This document shows positions 23,325 through 36,180 of a stretch of 64,000 bases of DNA, one piece after another. This DNA is from Podarcis muralis (Eukaryota): positions 24,304,001 to 24,368,000 of the forward strand of contig NC_135668.1 in NCBI RefSeq assembly GCF_964188315.1. The letters are read 5' to 3'. The notes under the pieces are model-generated. The model made no database searches. It saw only the letters and a program-made list of their open reading frames with translations, and was not told the DNA's origin. How positions within the stretch are numbered: the stretch's first letter is position 1; every line of letters starts with the position of its first letter. Both the position numbers and the translations under genes were made by a program.

Positions 23325-23383
23325 CCTGGCGTGCTCTGGTCCATGGGGTCACGAAGAGTCGGACACGACTAAACAACAACAAT
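23325..23383 (+). mobile_element. Ultra-short Bov-B 3' end
   Basis: gcctggcgtgctctggtccatggggtcacgaagagtcggacacgactaaacaacaacaa matches the Bov-B terminus at 28828-28893, lacking one gactaaac unit. Confidence 0.88.
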
Positions 23384-23544
23384 ATATGAAAGACCTGATA
23401 GCTGCTGTTCAGAGCTTCACCACTAGTGGTTTTCATTTAAAATTGGGGGGGGGGGACAGAAGAGATTTGACACCATTAACTTTGACACATTGGCATCTCA
23501 GTGCATGCCACAAATTTTCTTAAAGCTCTCTCCCCCAAACAAAT

Positions 23545-23700
23545 GCCACTGGTTCAGTATTGTCCACACTGACTGGCAGCAGCTCTCCAGGATTTCAAAC
23601 AGGGAGACTCTCCCAGCCTAACCTGAAGACGCTGGGGATTGAACCTAGGACTTTATGCCTGCAAAGCTGATGCTCTACCATGGAGCTATGTCCCTTCCCA
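23545..23700 (-). mobile_element. tRNA-Ala-derived SINE
   Basis: gactggcagcagctctccagg..ctggggattgaacctaggac..gcaaagctgatgctctacca. Confidence 0.75.
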
Positions 23701-25037
23701 TGTGCTGTCCTAGCACCTTTTCCATAGAAAACAAATTGCCTCAACTTAGAAACCTAGATGTCATGGAGAAGGGGGTATAGTCTTTTTCCTGGTATGCTAT
23801 TTTCTATTTCCAGGGATCCCCCCTATTTTTGATATGGAGGGGCACTCCGTCATACGCTCCCCCATCTGCAGTCATAAATCAAGACCCAGTTTTACCATGA
23901 AGTTCACCCAGCTCCTCACAAACACCATCAACTTGGGAACCCTCCCCTCTGACCAACCCCAGCAGCCTTTCCTAGCAACATGGAGTCTTGGCATTTCTCT
24001 GGAACCTAGCAGTGTTCCCAGTCATCACATTGGATTGAATTATGTTTGAACTCTTTCTGAGGTCCCCTGCCTTGGAGCTGATGCATATAACCACATACAA
24101 CTGGGGATCTCTGCCCCTGCCGAGTCTGATATTTTTTTGCAGCAGCAATGCAGTGTGATTAGATAACCCATCTTATACTGAACATTAATTTATGGGTATA
24201 AGGCAAGTTCTTAAGGAGCCTCTTAAAAAAAACAACCCCATTCATTGCAACCAAGCTAATCATTTATATCAGTCCTTGTACTCTGGTAGTAAAATTCCAT
24301 AATTCACTTCCCTTTAGGAGATAACTCTTTCTCGCAGCACAAGCCTTTGCTAGCACTCCATATATTATCATCAATACTAAAAGATACTGTTATTTTACAC
24401 TAACGACATTATTCATCATGAGTCGAAGACGGCCTGAGCCTGTGGCTGCCACCTGTGATTCTAAATAATGTTGCTCTCTTTGTAGGTAAAGGACTGCTCC
24501 TTGCTTAGATTAAGGTGCACACAAAGGAAAGCCAACTAGCAGAAGCTAGCAAGGTCCTGAGCTTCATTTGTGTGCCATGTTTCTCTATCAGGGTTTGCAG
24601 GGCGTAACTCGGAATCATAAGTTTACATCCTAACCCACAGAAGCTCACCTGCTCACAACTAGCGAAACGGTTGTGTTGGATTCCAAATGGCGCAACCATT
24701 ATCCTTGCCCTTTTGCTGGCGCAACTGCTATTGTGACAACTTTCAGTCTGAGCCAATGTACAATTTTGTTGCTCCTTACAATATCAGGTATGGTAGTTAC
24801 ATCATCTAGTGTTGGTATATATAATATCATTTATGATTTTGGGGATTTTTGTTATTTCTAAAAAGCTCAAATATGGCTGGCAATAATAACTGGGAAATCT
24901 ACTTAGTGGGAGGTGCTGTAAGTCAGTAGGAGAGCATATAGCTCTGCCTGTAGAAGGTCTCAGGTTCAATCTCAAAGGATCTCTGGTCTGGACTAGAAAG
25001 AACTCAACTGGAGTCCTTGGACAGCCATAGTAGAGTA

Positions 25038-25259
25038 CAGTGGTACCTCGGGTTAAGTACTTAATTCGTTCCAGAGATCCGTTCTTAACCTGAAGCACCA
25101 CTTTAGCTAATGGGGCCTCCTGCTGCTGCCGCACCACCGGAGCATGATTTCTGTTCTCATCCTGAAGCAAAGTTCTTAACCTGAGGTACTATTTCTGGGT
25201 TAGCGGAGTATGTAAGAAGCGTATGTAACCTGAAGCATATGTAACCCAAGGTACCACTG
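25038..25259. mobile_element. Tc1/mariner MITE (same family as 7119-7352, opposite orientation), nested in a tRNA-Ala SINE
   Basis: TIRs CAGTGGTACCTCGGGTTA / TAACCCAAGGTACCACTG with TA on both sides. The SINE head lies at about 24925-25035. Confidence 0.92.
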
Positions 25260-27019
25260 TATGCTGATTAGGACAGAGCCATGGCTTTACTCAGCATGAG
25301 GCTCAGTGGCTGTGGTTTGGTGGTGAACCCCAGACTTTGCATGAACAAGGGCCCCAGCATCTTAGGTAGGACTGAGAGATACCCCTAACTGAAACCCTGG
25401 AGAGCTGCTGCTAGTTGCTAGAGACCACACTGAGCTAGAAATCACTGTTATTGAACCTTGGGTCTCCTGATATTGTTGGATAACAACTCCCACCATCCCC
25501 GGCTAGCTTAGTCTACAATGACTGCTAACAGTTCTCTGGTATTTCAGACAGGACATCCCTAGCCTTACCTGGAGATGCTGCGGATTGAACCTGAGGCCTT
25601 CTGCATGCACAGCAGATGTTCTATCACTGAATTATGGCCCTTCCCGCTTCCTGCCTCATTTCTTTATCTCCTCTCAGTCCCCTGTAGCTAAGATGGCACC
25701 AGCATCTGGGGCCATTTCTGTCGTTGTGACATTTTCAATGTGAACAAGTAATTTAGCTGAACGTTTTTTGTTGTTTCCCTCCCCCCTCCCCTGCATGCCT
25801 TATATGCTGAGTTTAAAACCCATTAGCATAGAAGGTGGTGGGGGTGGAGGAGGAGAGAGAAAGGAGCAGATGCAGAGCAAGGAATTCCTTAAGGGAGTCC
25901 ATATTTTTACATATTTTGTAGGAAGGGAACTGTTGTTTCCCAGATGGTATTATTGAGCTAATACTGGTGAGTTTGCTTCCTGATAACGTAACCCCCTCCC
26001 CAGTTAATTGTGTTCTATTTAGTGACAACGGAGACATTGTTGGGTATATACACTGCACTTTTAAAGGGATTATGTCTGAAAGGTGACTGTTTTGACTTGG
26101 TGGACTCATCGAAGAGTTATGCAAGGATATTCTTTTTTTCAATCCTTCCATCGTTTAACTTACAAGGACAGCTGCCAGGCTCCCATCCCCAACACAATGA
26201 CAGTGATTCTTGCTTATAAGTAAGGAGGAGATCTTTATTTAGGTTAATAGTGATACAGAATCAACAAAGCACAAGATAAAGAAGTCAAGATTCCAAGGTA
26301 ACAGAGTTAAGGCAAGATTTTCACAACTGGACAGACGCTTTGAAGATGTCTCAACAAGTTGACATGCCCCTCCTGCAAAACTTTTAAAAATGAGGTGGGG
26401 CAAGCTCACACATGGGCCTCTCTCACCCTGTCATAGGAGCCAAATCTTAGGGGTTGAGGTGCCTTCACCCACCCAATAAAATATTTAAGTTGGCCACCCC
26501 CCCAAAAAAAAGTTTATGGGCATTCCCATTCAAATAGTGTGTGTGGGCCACATGTTGTGATTGACTATGTGGGCAGAGCTTACCTGGGCACCCATCATAT
26601 TTTATTCAAGTTGGCACCCTTGCACCCCATGAGTCTGCTGGGGTGGATGCATCTGGTCCCTCCTACGAAGGCAGCCTCTGGATCTTGGCAACAAGAGTTT
26701 GTCCTTCCCCTCTATCTCCAGCTCTGCCCTCACCTTCTCATGCTTAGCCCACCCACCCTGGCTGGTCAAAGCCCGTCCCCCATGAGGCTCTATGCACCAC
26801 TAGAGGGGTGGAGGAGAGAGCAAGCAACTTTGTTTCTCTATCTCTGACCTCTCCCCTCCATCCTTGGGGAGGGAAGGCCTTCCAGCCCTTCATCTGCTCC
26901 TACTTCCTCCTCCTCCTGGTCCTTCTGCGGCTGGGAAGGAAAAGAAATGAGCCAATGTGAAAGTTTTGATGGCCAGCATTAAGGCACAGTTTGTCCTGAA
27001 AACAGCCCAGTGGCCTGCT

Positions 27020-27270
27020 TCTTCTGCACCTTAGTTGCCAAAGGCCTGTCTGAATAAGAAGTTACTAGCCTGTCAGTGCAAGGATAACAAAAAGGGAGCC
27101 AAACTTACCTCTCATGGAAAGGAATTCCACAGTGTGAAAACATCCACAGAAAAGGCTCTCTCTTGTGTCACTACCAACTGTGCCTCTGATGTTGATGGGA
27201 CCAAGGGAAGGTGCTCACCCAAGAATCTTAGCACCTGGGCAGGTTTGTATAGGGAGATGCAGTCTTTCAG
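27020..27270 (-). mobile_element. Old L2 3' fragment
   Basis: aaaggcctgtctgaataagaag..ggaattccacag..agaaaaggctctctcttgt is the reverse complement of L2 RAFS..LWNSFP..LFRQAF. Confidence 0.65.
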
Positions 27271-27318
27271 GTAGCCTGAACCCAATTTTAAAAGTGGTTC
27301 ACACTTCCCAGACTAATA

Positions 27319-27543
27319 CAGTGGTACCTCGGGTTACATACGCTTCAGGTTACATACGCTTCAGGTTACAGACTCCGCTAACCCAGAAATATTACCTCAG
27401 GTTAAGAACTTTGCTTCAGGATGAGAACAGAAATCATGTTCCGGCGGTGCAGCAGCAGCGGGAGGCCCCATTAGGTAAAGCGGTGCTTCAGGTTAAGAAC
27501 GGACCTCCGGAACGAATTAAGTACGTAACCCGAGGTACCACTG
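27319..27543. mobile_element. Tc1/mariner MITE (third copy), nested in the AT-rich hAT-like repeat
   Basis: TIRs CAGTGGTACCTCGGGTTAC / GTAACCCGAGGTACCACTG, with TA at 27317-27318 and 27544-27545. CpGs are largely intact. Confidence 0.93.
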
Positions 27544-28527
27544 TATGCGGATTTGAAGTCAGTTATCCTTCAGTTTCTGCCCATCTCTGAATTTTGCAAT
27601 ATAGTTCTTTGCACAAAAAAATGTACCAAAATGTGAATTTTTGGAGAAACACATAGAGAAATAACCTGAATTTTTGTGCATTGAAAAAATATATTTCACA
27701 AATTGATGTAGAAATGGGACTGAAACTTGACAGGAACTGGAGATAGACAGATGCAGCCATCCCTACCAGGATGGGTCTAGTTCTCAAAATGCTTCTCTGG
27801 TCTTACAATGAAACCATCCAATTTTTTTAAAAAGCAATCAAGTGTGTTTAAATAATAAAAAGTAGATCATTGTTAATGGTTAAAAGTTCATTGGCATTCC
27901 TTCCACTATAGAGCTGTCTTTAACATTTAGATCTTTGCAAATGGTCTGCGATTGACTCCCCAGTGAGACTGCCTTGTTCTTACTGTTGAAGAGGGGAAAA
28001 TTAAATTCAATATGTTTGGACACAGGAAGCAGTGGTTTAAGATAAACTTTGCTGCCTAGACATTCCTGCTTGCCAAAGAAAGGGTGAATGTTGTGTCCAT
28101 GTAGAGACAGCACAGCTGGATCGATGGTGAGAGATGGATTCTGTCTGGAATGGAGGGCCAAGAGGAAGCCAAGTTCATGTTGTGGGTGTTGCCAGTTTGA
28201 CTTACAGCAAATATGTGCTGTTAACTAGAGCAGCTGCATGAAGAATATGGACAGGGGAGAAATTCAATTCAGCTCACATGTAAAGGCGAACCTCACTATT
28301 TCACACATTAGGAAACAATGGAAGAACCAAGGCACACTCAGCCTTTGAAATTTGCACTTCTCTAAATTTTCCAGTGCATTTCCTGAGCCAAGTAATGTGT
28401 ACAAAACTTAATATACAGAATAAACTGCACTTTAAAATAGATACGTTAGTGAAAATAAGATACAAATTGCTTTGTGTATATGCATTTATTGGGAAAAATA
28501 AGGCAATAATTGCACACAATTATTATA

Positions 28528-28893
28528 TTTGAATTATGGTGCTGGAGGAGACTCTTGAGAGTCCCATGGACTGCAAGAAGATCAAACGCATCCATTCTTA
28601 AGGAAATCAGACCTGAGTGCTCACTGGAAGGACAGATCGTGAAGTTGAGGCTCCAGTACTTTGGCCACCTCATGAGAAGAGAAGACTCCCTGGAAAAGAC
28701 CCTGATGTTGGGAAAGATGGAGGGCACAAGGAGAAGGGGACGACAGAGGATGAGATGGTTGGATAGTGTTCTCGAAACTACAAACATGAGCCTGACCAAA
28801 CTGCGGGAGGCGGTGGAAGACAGGAGTGCCTGGCGTGCTCTGGTCCATGGGGTCACGAAGAGTCGGACACGACTAAACGACTAAACAACAACA
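28528..28893 (+). mobile_element. Bov-B (RTE clade) LINE, 5'-truncated, ORF C-terminus intact
   Basis: FELWCWRRLLRVPWTARRSNASILKEIRPECSLEGQIVKLRLQYFGHLMRREDSLEKTLMLGKMEGTRRRGRQRMRWLD..VHGVTKSRTRLND* followed by a (CAA)n tail. Inserted into the AT-rich repeat at 28250-29012. Confidence 0.96.
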
Positions 28894-29371
28894 GTATATA
28901 TTAAGAGAAAATCAATGAATATATATATATACGAGGAATAAATGTGTAGAAATGAACTTAAGACTGAAAAAATGAGAAACTGTGAGAAACTGAGTTACAG
29001 ATTTCTCCAACCACTGCCTATAGACTGAGGGAAACTTGTTGCCATGTAAAACAACAACATTTCCCCAAAATCTTTCACCGCACCACCATGAAAGGGTTGG
29101 AATGTCTGTTGCTTTTGGGTGAGCAAGACAGAAAAAAAAACTTCAAAAACGGGTTCAGGGCTTACTTGGGTGTAATATAAGAATAGTGGAGGGTTTCATT
29201 TATCCACTTTAAAACATGTATTATAAAGGCACAATTCTGTCCTCTCTGCTCATAATGGACGATTACCCGTTCCATTTGCACTGACATGCTTTCTTTTCCT
29301 AGGGGCTGTAACAGAAAGATTGCCCAGAATGCACTTTGTAATATAGCATGTTCCCAGGTACTAGGAATACT

Positions 29372-29563
29372 AGGGAAAGGCTATGGCTCAGTGGTAGAGC
29401 ATCAGCTTTGTACACAGAAGGTCCTTGGTTCAGTCCCTAGCATTCCCAGGAAGGGCTGGGAAAGACTCCCTGTTCAAAACTATGGAGAGCCAGTCTCTCA
29501 GTATAAACAATACTGAACTAGATGGACCAAAAGTTTCTGACTCAGTGTGAGGCAGCATCCTAA
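29372..29563 (+). mobile_element. tRNA-Ala(TGC)-derived SINE, near full length
   Basis: A-box ggctcagtggtagagc and B-box ggttcagtccc in a tRNA-Ala-like head. Body gggctggga..ctatggagagcc..ctgaactagatggacc..tgactcagtgtgaggcagcatcct. Further copies: about 25300-25445, 25520-25645, 29955-30050, 37715-38080, 49665-49760, 52865-53062, 53105-53220, 58419-58619. Confidence 0.8.
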
Positions 29564-29794
29564 GGAGCTGTCTCATCTTGAAGGAGCATCTCCACCCCCC
29601 ATCACTCTGCACAGACACTGAGGTCCAGCGTCGAGGGCCTTCTGGCATTTCCCTCACTGCGAGAAGCAAAGCTACAGGGAACCAGGAAGAGGGCCTACTC
29701 GGTAGTGGCACCCGCCCTGTGAAACTCCCTCCCATTAGATATCAAAGAGATAAACAACTACCTGACATTCAGAAGACATCTTAAGGAAGTTCAG

Positions 29795-29897
29795 GGAAGT
29801 TTTTAATGTGTAACATCTTAGTGTATTTTTGGTCTTTGTGGAAGCCGCTGAGAGTGGCTGGGGAAACCCAGCCAGATGGGCGGGGTACAAATAATAA

Positions 29898-29945
<48 letters not shown>
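29795..29945 (+). mobile_element. L2 extreme 3' end with (ATT)n tail
   Basis: gaagccgctgagagtggctggggaaacccagccagatgggcggggtacaaataataaat(tat)n is the reverse complement of the tail at 2850-2910. Confidence 0.85.
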
Positions 29946-29946
<1 letters not shown>

Positions 29947-31254
29947 CCAAGCCAGACCATTGTCCCATCTGTTTCACTACTGCCTACACTGACTGGCAGT
30001 GGCTCTCCAGAATTTCAGACACAGAGTCTTTCCCAGGGACTGAACCTGGCATGATCCTGCTTGAAATTTATATGGGCCCTAGAATTAAGCCCTTTTCACT
30101 ATTGGGCATGTGTGTGTGTTATAACGTTTTCATGGTGTGTTTGTTTTGGATGGACGGAGCAATGGTGGGAAATGGGGGATTAGCCTTTGCCCTGGCAAAG
30201 CGGAAGGTTCTCTCCTGCAAGGGGCAGGTGCGTGTCAGGAAAGGCAAAGTGGAGATTTATAACCAAGCTCAATGAAGTCAGCCTCAGAGTATCATTCCAG
30301 TATATTTCTAAGGAGACGCTCAGGAAGAGATTTAAGTGGCACTTAATGGCCCTCCACCTACGAGCCTCGCTGTCAGGAGGTGCTAAATTAAAATGACGTA
30401 CGCTGGAGCTTTGAACTTGGGGATCGGCTGCTGGGGCTTTTTACTAACGTCCCGAGAAAGTCATCTCAAGTTCACGGAGGCTTAATTAAAATGCAAGGAG
30501 GTGGACACTTGGTGAACTCAACTCTCCCCGCCTCACCCATTCCCCCTCCCCAAGCCCTCCTGACCTATCCTCCTCTCAAAGCAGACAATATCATTTTCTT
30601 AAGAACATAGTCCTGCATCTCTGGTTCAAGCCAAGGATAGAGTTAGCTCACCCTTCTGTCTTCATCCGTAGCCAACTGTGTGGCTTTGGAAGTACACACT
30701 TAATAAAGTGGCCTTCGCTCTGTTGCTACATTATAGTCAGAGGCAAACTGCTTTTGTACATGATTGCTTTCTCTGTTGTTTGACCTCATCCTGCTGCTAA
30801 TCAGCTTTATTGGCTAACCTGAAAAGGTAGAATTACTTTATTTTTATTTAATATATTTATACTCCACCTTTCATCGAAGGTTCACAAGATGGTATGCAAA
30901 CTCTTCCCCATTTTATCCTCACAGCAACCCTATGAGGTAGGTTAGGCTGGGAGTGACTGACTGGCCCTAGTTCACCCCATAAGTTTCATGACCGATTGGG
31001 GTTTTGAACCTTGGTCTCTTAGGTCCTAGCCTTGCACTGGGGGGGGGGGGCATAAGCACATGACCAAAGGTTGCACAACAAGAACCAGCTATTGCGCAAC
31101 AAGCTTCTGCATTGGATTCCTTTATTGCACAGCCTTTAAACTCTGCCATGCACTGGCATAAGGACTCTTGCACTGGGAGACCAGAAAACATTGGCTGCGG
31201 TCATGCATTTTTAAATCACTGGGCAAGGAAGAAACCTAGAAGACAACAACAGCA

Positions 31255-31520
31255 ACAGAACAGCCTGCTGGACCAGGCCAATGGCCCCACTAGTCCAGCA
31301 TCCTGTTTTCACAGTGACTACCCAGATACCTCTGGGAAGCCATCAAGAAGGATCTGAGCATAATAACACTTTTTATCCCTGTGGCTTCCAGCAACTGGGA
31401 TTCAGAAACATTACTACCTCTGACGGTGGTGGTGAAGTACAGTCATCCTAGCTAGTAGATATCAGCAGCCTTATTCTCCATGGATATGCCAAATTCTCTT
31501 TTAAAGCCAATCAAGGTGGC
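31255..31520 (-). mobile_element. CR1 3' end
   Basis: gcctgctggaccaggccaatgg..ctagtccagcatcctg..ctcttttaaagccaatcaaggtggc. Confidence 0.8.
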
Positions 31521-32619
31521 TCTAACAGCTCCCCTAGCTTGTCCTGGCCCTTGGAGGCATAGCAGCTTGCTCCTGCAACCTGTGATTCAACAACGACAAC
31601 AGCTCCATCATTTATTTTCCCACCACAAGGTGATTCATTCAGGTTTTGTGTGGATCCTGGTTAAAACAACAACTCTGTGTGTTCAGTTTGACCAGAGGCC
31701 ATCCCAGTGTGTACTGGGATCAAACAGGCAAGGCCCTGAACCTAATTTGGACTTCATTTGGATCTCCACAGAGAGGTAATCAGGGAACCCCCCCCCCACC
31801 ATAATTGAAAGCTTACTAAAAATGGTGAGCAGAACCAGAAAACCTTTCTGAGGTCCTCTCCCATCATCTGATGCAACTTTTTATTGTATTTACTTATTTA
31901 ATTTGTATACCACCCTCCATCCATAGATCTCAGGGCAGTTCACAACATTAAAATAGTTCACAAGATTAAAAAACACAAAATGCATAATAAAAACAAGAAC
32001 AAAAGCAAACCAATAACTCTTAAGCCATTTTTATTGTTACACCAATCCATAGTTAACTACAAGAATCTAACAAAACTCACATCTGTTGGCAAAATCTTTG
32101 AAAGGTATCACACACAAGTCAATCCCAGTATCCCATATCAACTTACATATCCCCTCTTTTCTCGTCTTGGCATTCATATATATATGTAATACCTAATCAC
32201 TCTATCACTCAGGAAATATTAGAAAGCTGCAGTTGGGATCCTGCACTGACCTCTAAGTGTTTTAAAGAAGATACTAGCAGGGAAACTACTAGAAAGAAAT
32301 GAGGTGGGGGGAGAGGAAGAGTAAGTGGTCTGTTTTATGTCAATGTTTCAGATTACCCCAGAAGGAAAGAAACAGACATATTGGGGTTGGGTTTTTTTTG
32401 CTTCTGGGAAGCTGGCTTTGGAAGGTGGGCAAAGCAACGAAGGCATCAGCGAGGGTGTCAATACTAGATCAAAGGGATTCACCAAGTCGGCCAACAAGTG
32501 AACAGAGGCTCTGGGGACACTTGCAAGATTTCCCCCTTGCTTGGGCTTGTTGCATGTTTTTGCAAACTGAAAGTTTATAAGGCAGGTCAGCCTCCTTCCT
32601 CATCCTTGCACACCCCCAA

Positions 32620-32680
<61 letters not shown>
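32620..32680. repeat. (ATT)n microsatellite
   Basis: Directly visible. Confidence 0.95.
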
Positions 32681-32989
32681 GTCAAGGCTATCTTAAAGCA
32701 TGCAATAAAAACAAAGAAGTTAGATTTTAAAGCAATACCTATTAGATGAAGTATAAATACTGCTTAAACGACAGAAAACCACTAAACAGGTTACAAAGAG
32801 CCGTTGGCATTAATTAAATATGTCATTAAAAGGGCCTTACCACAATAACATAAAAATATAATTTTAAACTCAGTTAAAACAATTTAGCCCCCCCCCATGA
32901 GCATGGCCATTCAAATGGTGTCCATGCACTGTGCCATGTGATTGATTATGTGGGGTGGGGCTCCCCCCCCCCATATTTTATTCAGGTTG

Positions 32990-33270
32990 GCACACCTGAT
33001 TAAAAGCATAGGCTGCATCCTAAGATATGGCCTAGTAATGGCCAGGGTAAAGAGGTGCCTCTTCAGCCTGTGATAAAAGCTATACAAGGAAAGTTCTAGA
33101 TGTACCTTTGTGGGGCAGGAATTCCACAGCTGCCTCAGAAAATGTCCTCTCTTGGGGTGCCACATTCCAAACTTGTGACAGTTACAGAACTACCAAGAGG
33201 GTAGTTCTGCAGGGATGTAACACCTGAGAGAGTCTGTAGGGAAGGAAGAAGTCTTTCAGATATCTGGAGC
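32990..33270 (-). mobile_element. Old L2 3' fragment
   Basis: Minus ORF contains RQLWNSCPTKVHLELSLYSFYHRLKRHLFTLA. Confidence 0.65.
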
Positions 33271-34769
33271 TTATTTCAGATATTTGTATTAATTTTCTGG
33301 TGGCTATCCACTCTGAACATTACTGCATCATCATTTGGGGTGGGCAGCAACTAGAAGAGCAGCATTGCTGGTCGTATGTATTCTCTCAATTTTTTGCCCC
33401 CTCCAAAAACCACACAAATTGCTTCACGCACACCAGCACACACAAGTTTGCTGCCTGCAAGATTTGGGCTCAGCTGTGCTTTCAGCAGCTGCAAACAAGA
33501 AAAAGCTTTTGATATTTGTTCTCACCCTTGATGCAGAAGAGTCCACTGAGCTTCGCCCCAGACTCTACCCTAGGTCCTCAGGGTGTGCATAAGGCCCCCA
33601 GGTTCTTCCTCATGACATGCAGAACATCTCAAGTGGAAAGCCAAGCATCCCCATAAAAAAAAAGACAAAAGAGGAAGAATCCAAGAAAGTCTAGGAACAA
33701 GTTCCCATGCCTGATGCCTAATTTACTGTCAATCAAAGTGGACACTTATGGTATAGCCTGACCAATGCTCTGACTCAGTATAAGGCACCTTCCTAAGACC
33801 TTCCCCCACCACAATGCACCCAAACTTTAGAACTCTGGTGCAGGCCTGTGCAAACTACCTCCAGCATATTTTACTCCCCATGCTAAATGGGGGTGTTGGT
33901 GACAGGATTCTGTTCTATGTTTATGTGTTTGATTTAACCTTAAGCTACATGCAGCTGGAGGTGTTGTACTGACTAGTTTGCAGATAAGCTCTCCATTTTC
34001 TCTCTTGCTCCCTCAGTTTTATGACTGGAGTGTTGTCTCTTCCTTCACACTGCACAAACCTTTAAAAGCAAATAAACAAAGGCTCCAAATCTCTCCAGAG
34101 CAATCAGAGGACATTCTTTTTCATCTCCCTCTCTCCTGTCCACCCCTGCCCACGCATGTAATTTTCCCTGGATAAAGTTCACATCCAAAAGGCTCAATTT
34201 CAGTCCCCTTCCCTTTCGCCTTTCACTCAACTGCAGCCTCTTCAAAGAGAACTGAGGATAAAAGTCCAAGCCAGAATTCACGCACTTGTGGGTGCTCTCT
34301 GGCCGCTGTTTGATGTCCCTCTGCTCACCTTCTGATGCTATTCAGACCTTTGTCTTCATTACCCATTTGGGCTCCATTTCCCAGACTTTATCTGGTCAGA
34401 GCCCCTCCCCCCCCAAATCAGGCTCCATATCATCACTATATTGTTTGAAGCACAAATGCTACTCTCTCCATTCTGTGTGTGAGATGCAGGAGGTTTAATA
34501 AGGATGCTAAATTTTCTGGCAGAGCCACAATCTCACTTGAGATGAATGGCAGAATTCTTGAATCACAAATGGGCAAAGTTACAGAGGACTGTATCTAATG
34601 CTAGCCTCACTTCGAGTAGTTAATGAACATGAAAACATGTTCATTAATTTTATCCATGAATTTCAATGGGTCTACTCTAAGTAGGACTAGCAGTAGCTAC
34701 AGCTCTTAGTCTTGTTTCTGCCTTCTCCCTCCCACACTTATAAAGACCTCAGTGACTACATAAGTTGTC

Positions 34770-35690
34770 CTTCTTGGTTCAGCTTTGCCTTATTTCGGGG
34801 TGAAGCTGCAATGACCACTCCCCATATTAAATGGGGGGACCCTTTGCGTGGTTGTGCGCAGCCTCCTGGGCCCTATGTGGCACCATTAGCACAGGCTTGG
34901 CTTCGCCTCCCCCCAGGTGGGATACCTGGAGGTCTCCGCCTACCTCAGTCAGTTGCCCAATCCCGCCTGGGGAGGCGTTGCCAAGGTGATCAGGCCAGGT
35001 AGGGGGAGGGACTGCCTGCCCACACAATAGGGGGAGGATCTTACCTGGGAATCGTCAGTTGGCTCCAGAGCTTCTCCCATCCTATCCACCCTCAGTTAAG
35101 ACTTCTTTTGCAGGTTAACCTTTTCTCTACAGGTACGCGGGTGCTGCTACGTCAAGGTCGCTGTGGAAGGGCCGGAAAGGAATTCGCCTGCATTGGCAGG
35201 TTTGCCTTTCCCGTAGCAAAATGTCACAACTTTGGCGGTATCAGGTCTTGGGCAGAATCCTTTAGTCTATCTTCCCTGAATGGGTGGGGGCGTGCAGCGG
35301 TGACTCACACCCCCTCCTCTTTGCGGCGGCAATACCAGGGTTCCCTGTTAAAGGGGTTGTTTGAGGGGAGGCTTTGACTCTACACCTAGAGGTCGTCATT
35401 GCTCTTTCCTGTGGCGGCGTCGGCATAATGGGGGTGGGCTCTCTCTGCTTGAACATATATTCTTCAGAGCCAGCCCATCCCTCCCACACTGGATAACCCT
35501 GATGTCTCCCAGATCCCCAACTGGGGACTGGGAGGGATAAACGCCCAATGCCTGAGCCAAAGTCTACCCACATCTGAAACATAAGAAAGTTGTGGCCAAT
35601 TTTAATGCCATAGCACATTGTCTTGAGTCGTTATTCCACACGGGCGCTGCCCTGGGTTTGGGGGACTCCGCCTGTCCACGCAAAATGGTG
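34770..35690. mobile_element. GC-rich non-coding interspersed repeat, possibly a DIRS/Ngaro-like non-autonomous or LTR fragment
   Basis: Sharp shift to GC/CpG-rich sequence with no informative ORF. Style and motifs (cgcctg..gtagcaa..gtcacaact..ggcgg; aaagttgtggcc) resemble lizard repeats I recall. The class is unverified. Confidence 0.35.
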
Positions 35691-35699
35691 ATGGGATTT

Positions 35700-36180
35700 A
35701 TGAATTTATTTCATTTATGTATCACTTCCCATGAGGTATCCCAAAATGATTTGCAATTCAATAACATATAGAAAAACAATTTTAGAAGACCGTTACAAAT
35801 GTAAAACTACCACAGCACATACATAAAATTAATTCAGATCACAGGCAGATGCCAACTAGGATGAAGATTTTATAAGGGGTGTTGAAGGAAGAATGCCTTT
35901 ATCAGGCACCGAAAAAACCACAGAGAAGGTGCCTGCCTGATCTGCAGTGAGAGGGAGTTCCAAATGGTGGTTTTCACCATATTAAGGCCCAACTCCAACA
36001 TTGTGTGGAATGAACCTCCTGATTGGATGGCGTCTGCAGGGTGCTCTCTGGCAGAATGCAGTGATTGACTGGGGATATTGGGAATGAGGTGATCAAACTT
36101 TTGCATATCCTTGTCCCAAGCTGTACAGTAGGGCTTTGCACACCAATACCAGCACTGGTACCTAGCCTGGTAGCTATTTG
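35700..36180 (-). mobile_element. Old L2 3' fragment
   Basis: Minus ORF ..IWNSLSLQIRQAPSLWFFRCLIKAFFLQ, with the 3' UTR extending leftward. Confidence 0.7.

Noticed and set aside
24802-25170. ~120-140 aa ORFs across MITEs (also 27165-27590) as a transposase
   Set aside because: They are chance read-through of non-coding MITEs and flanks, with no DDE/DDD or HTH motifs.
25990-26345. Possible solo LTR (also about 63720-63905)
   Set aside because: I could not define TG..CA termini or a 4-6 bp TSD.
29372-29450. tRNA-Ala gene
   Set aside because: The head is degenerate and continues into a SINE body repeated many times in the window.
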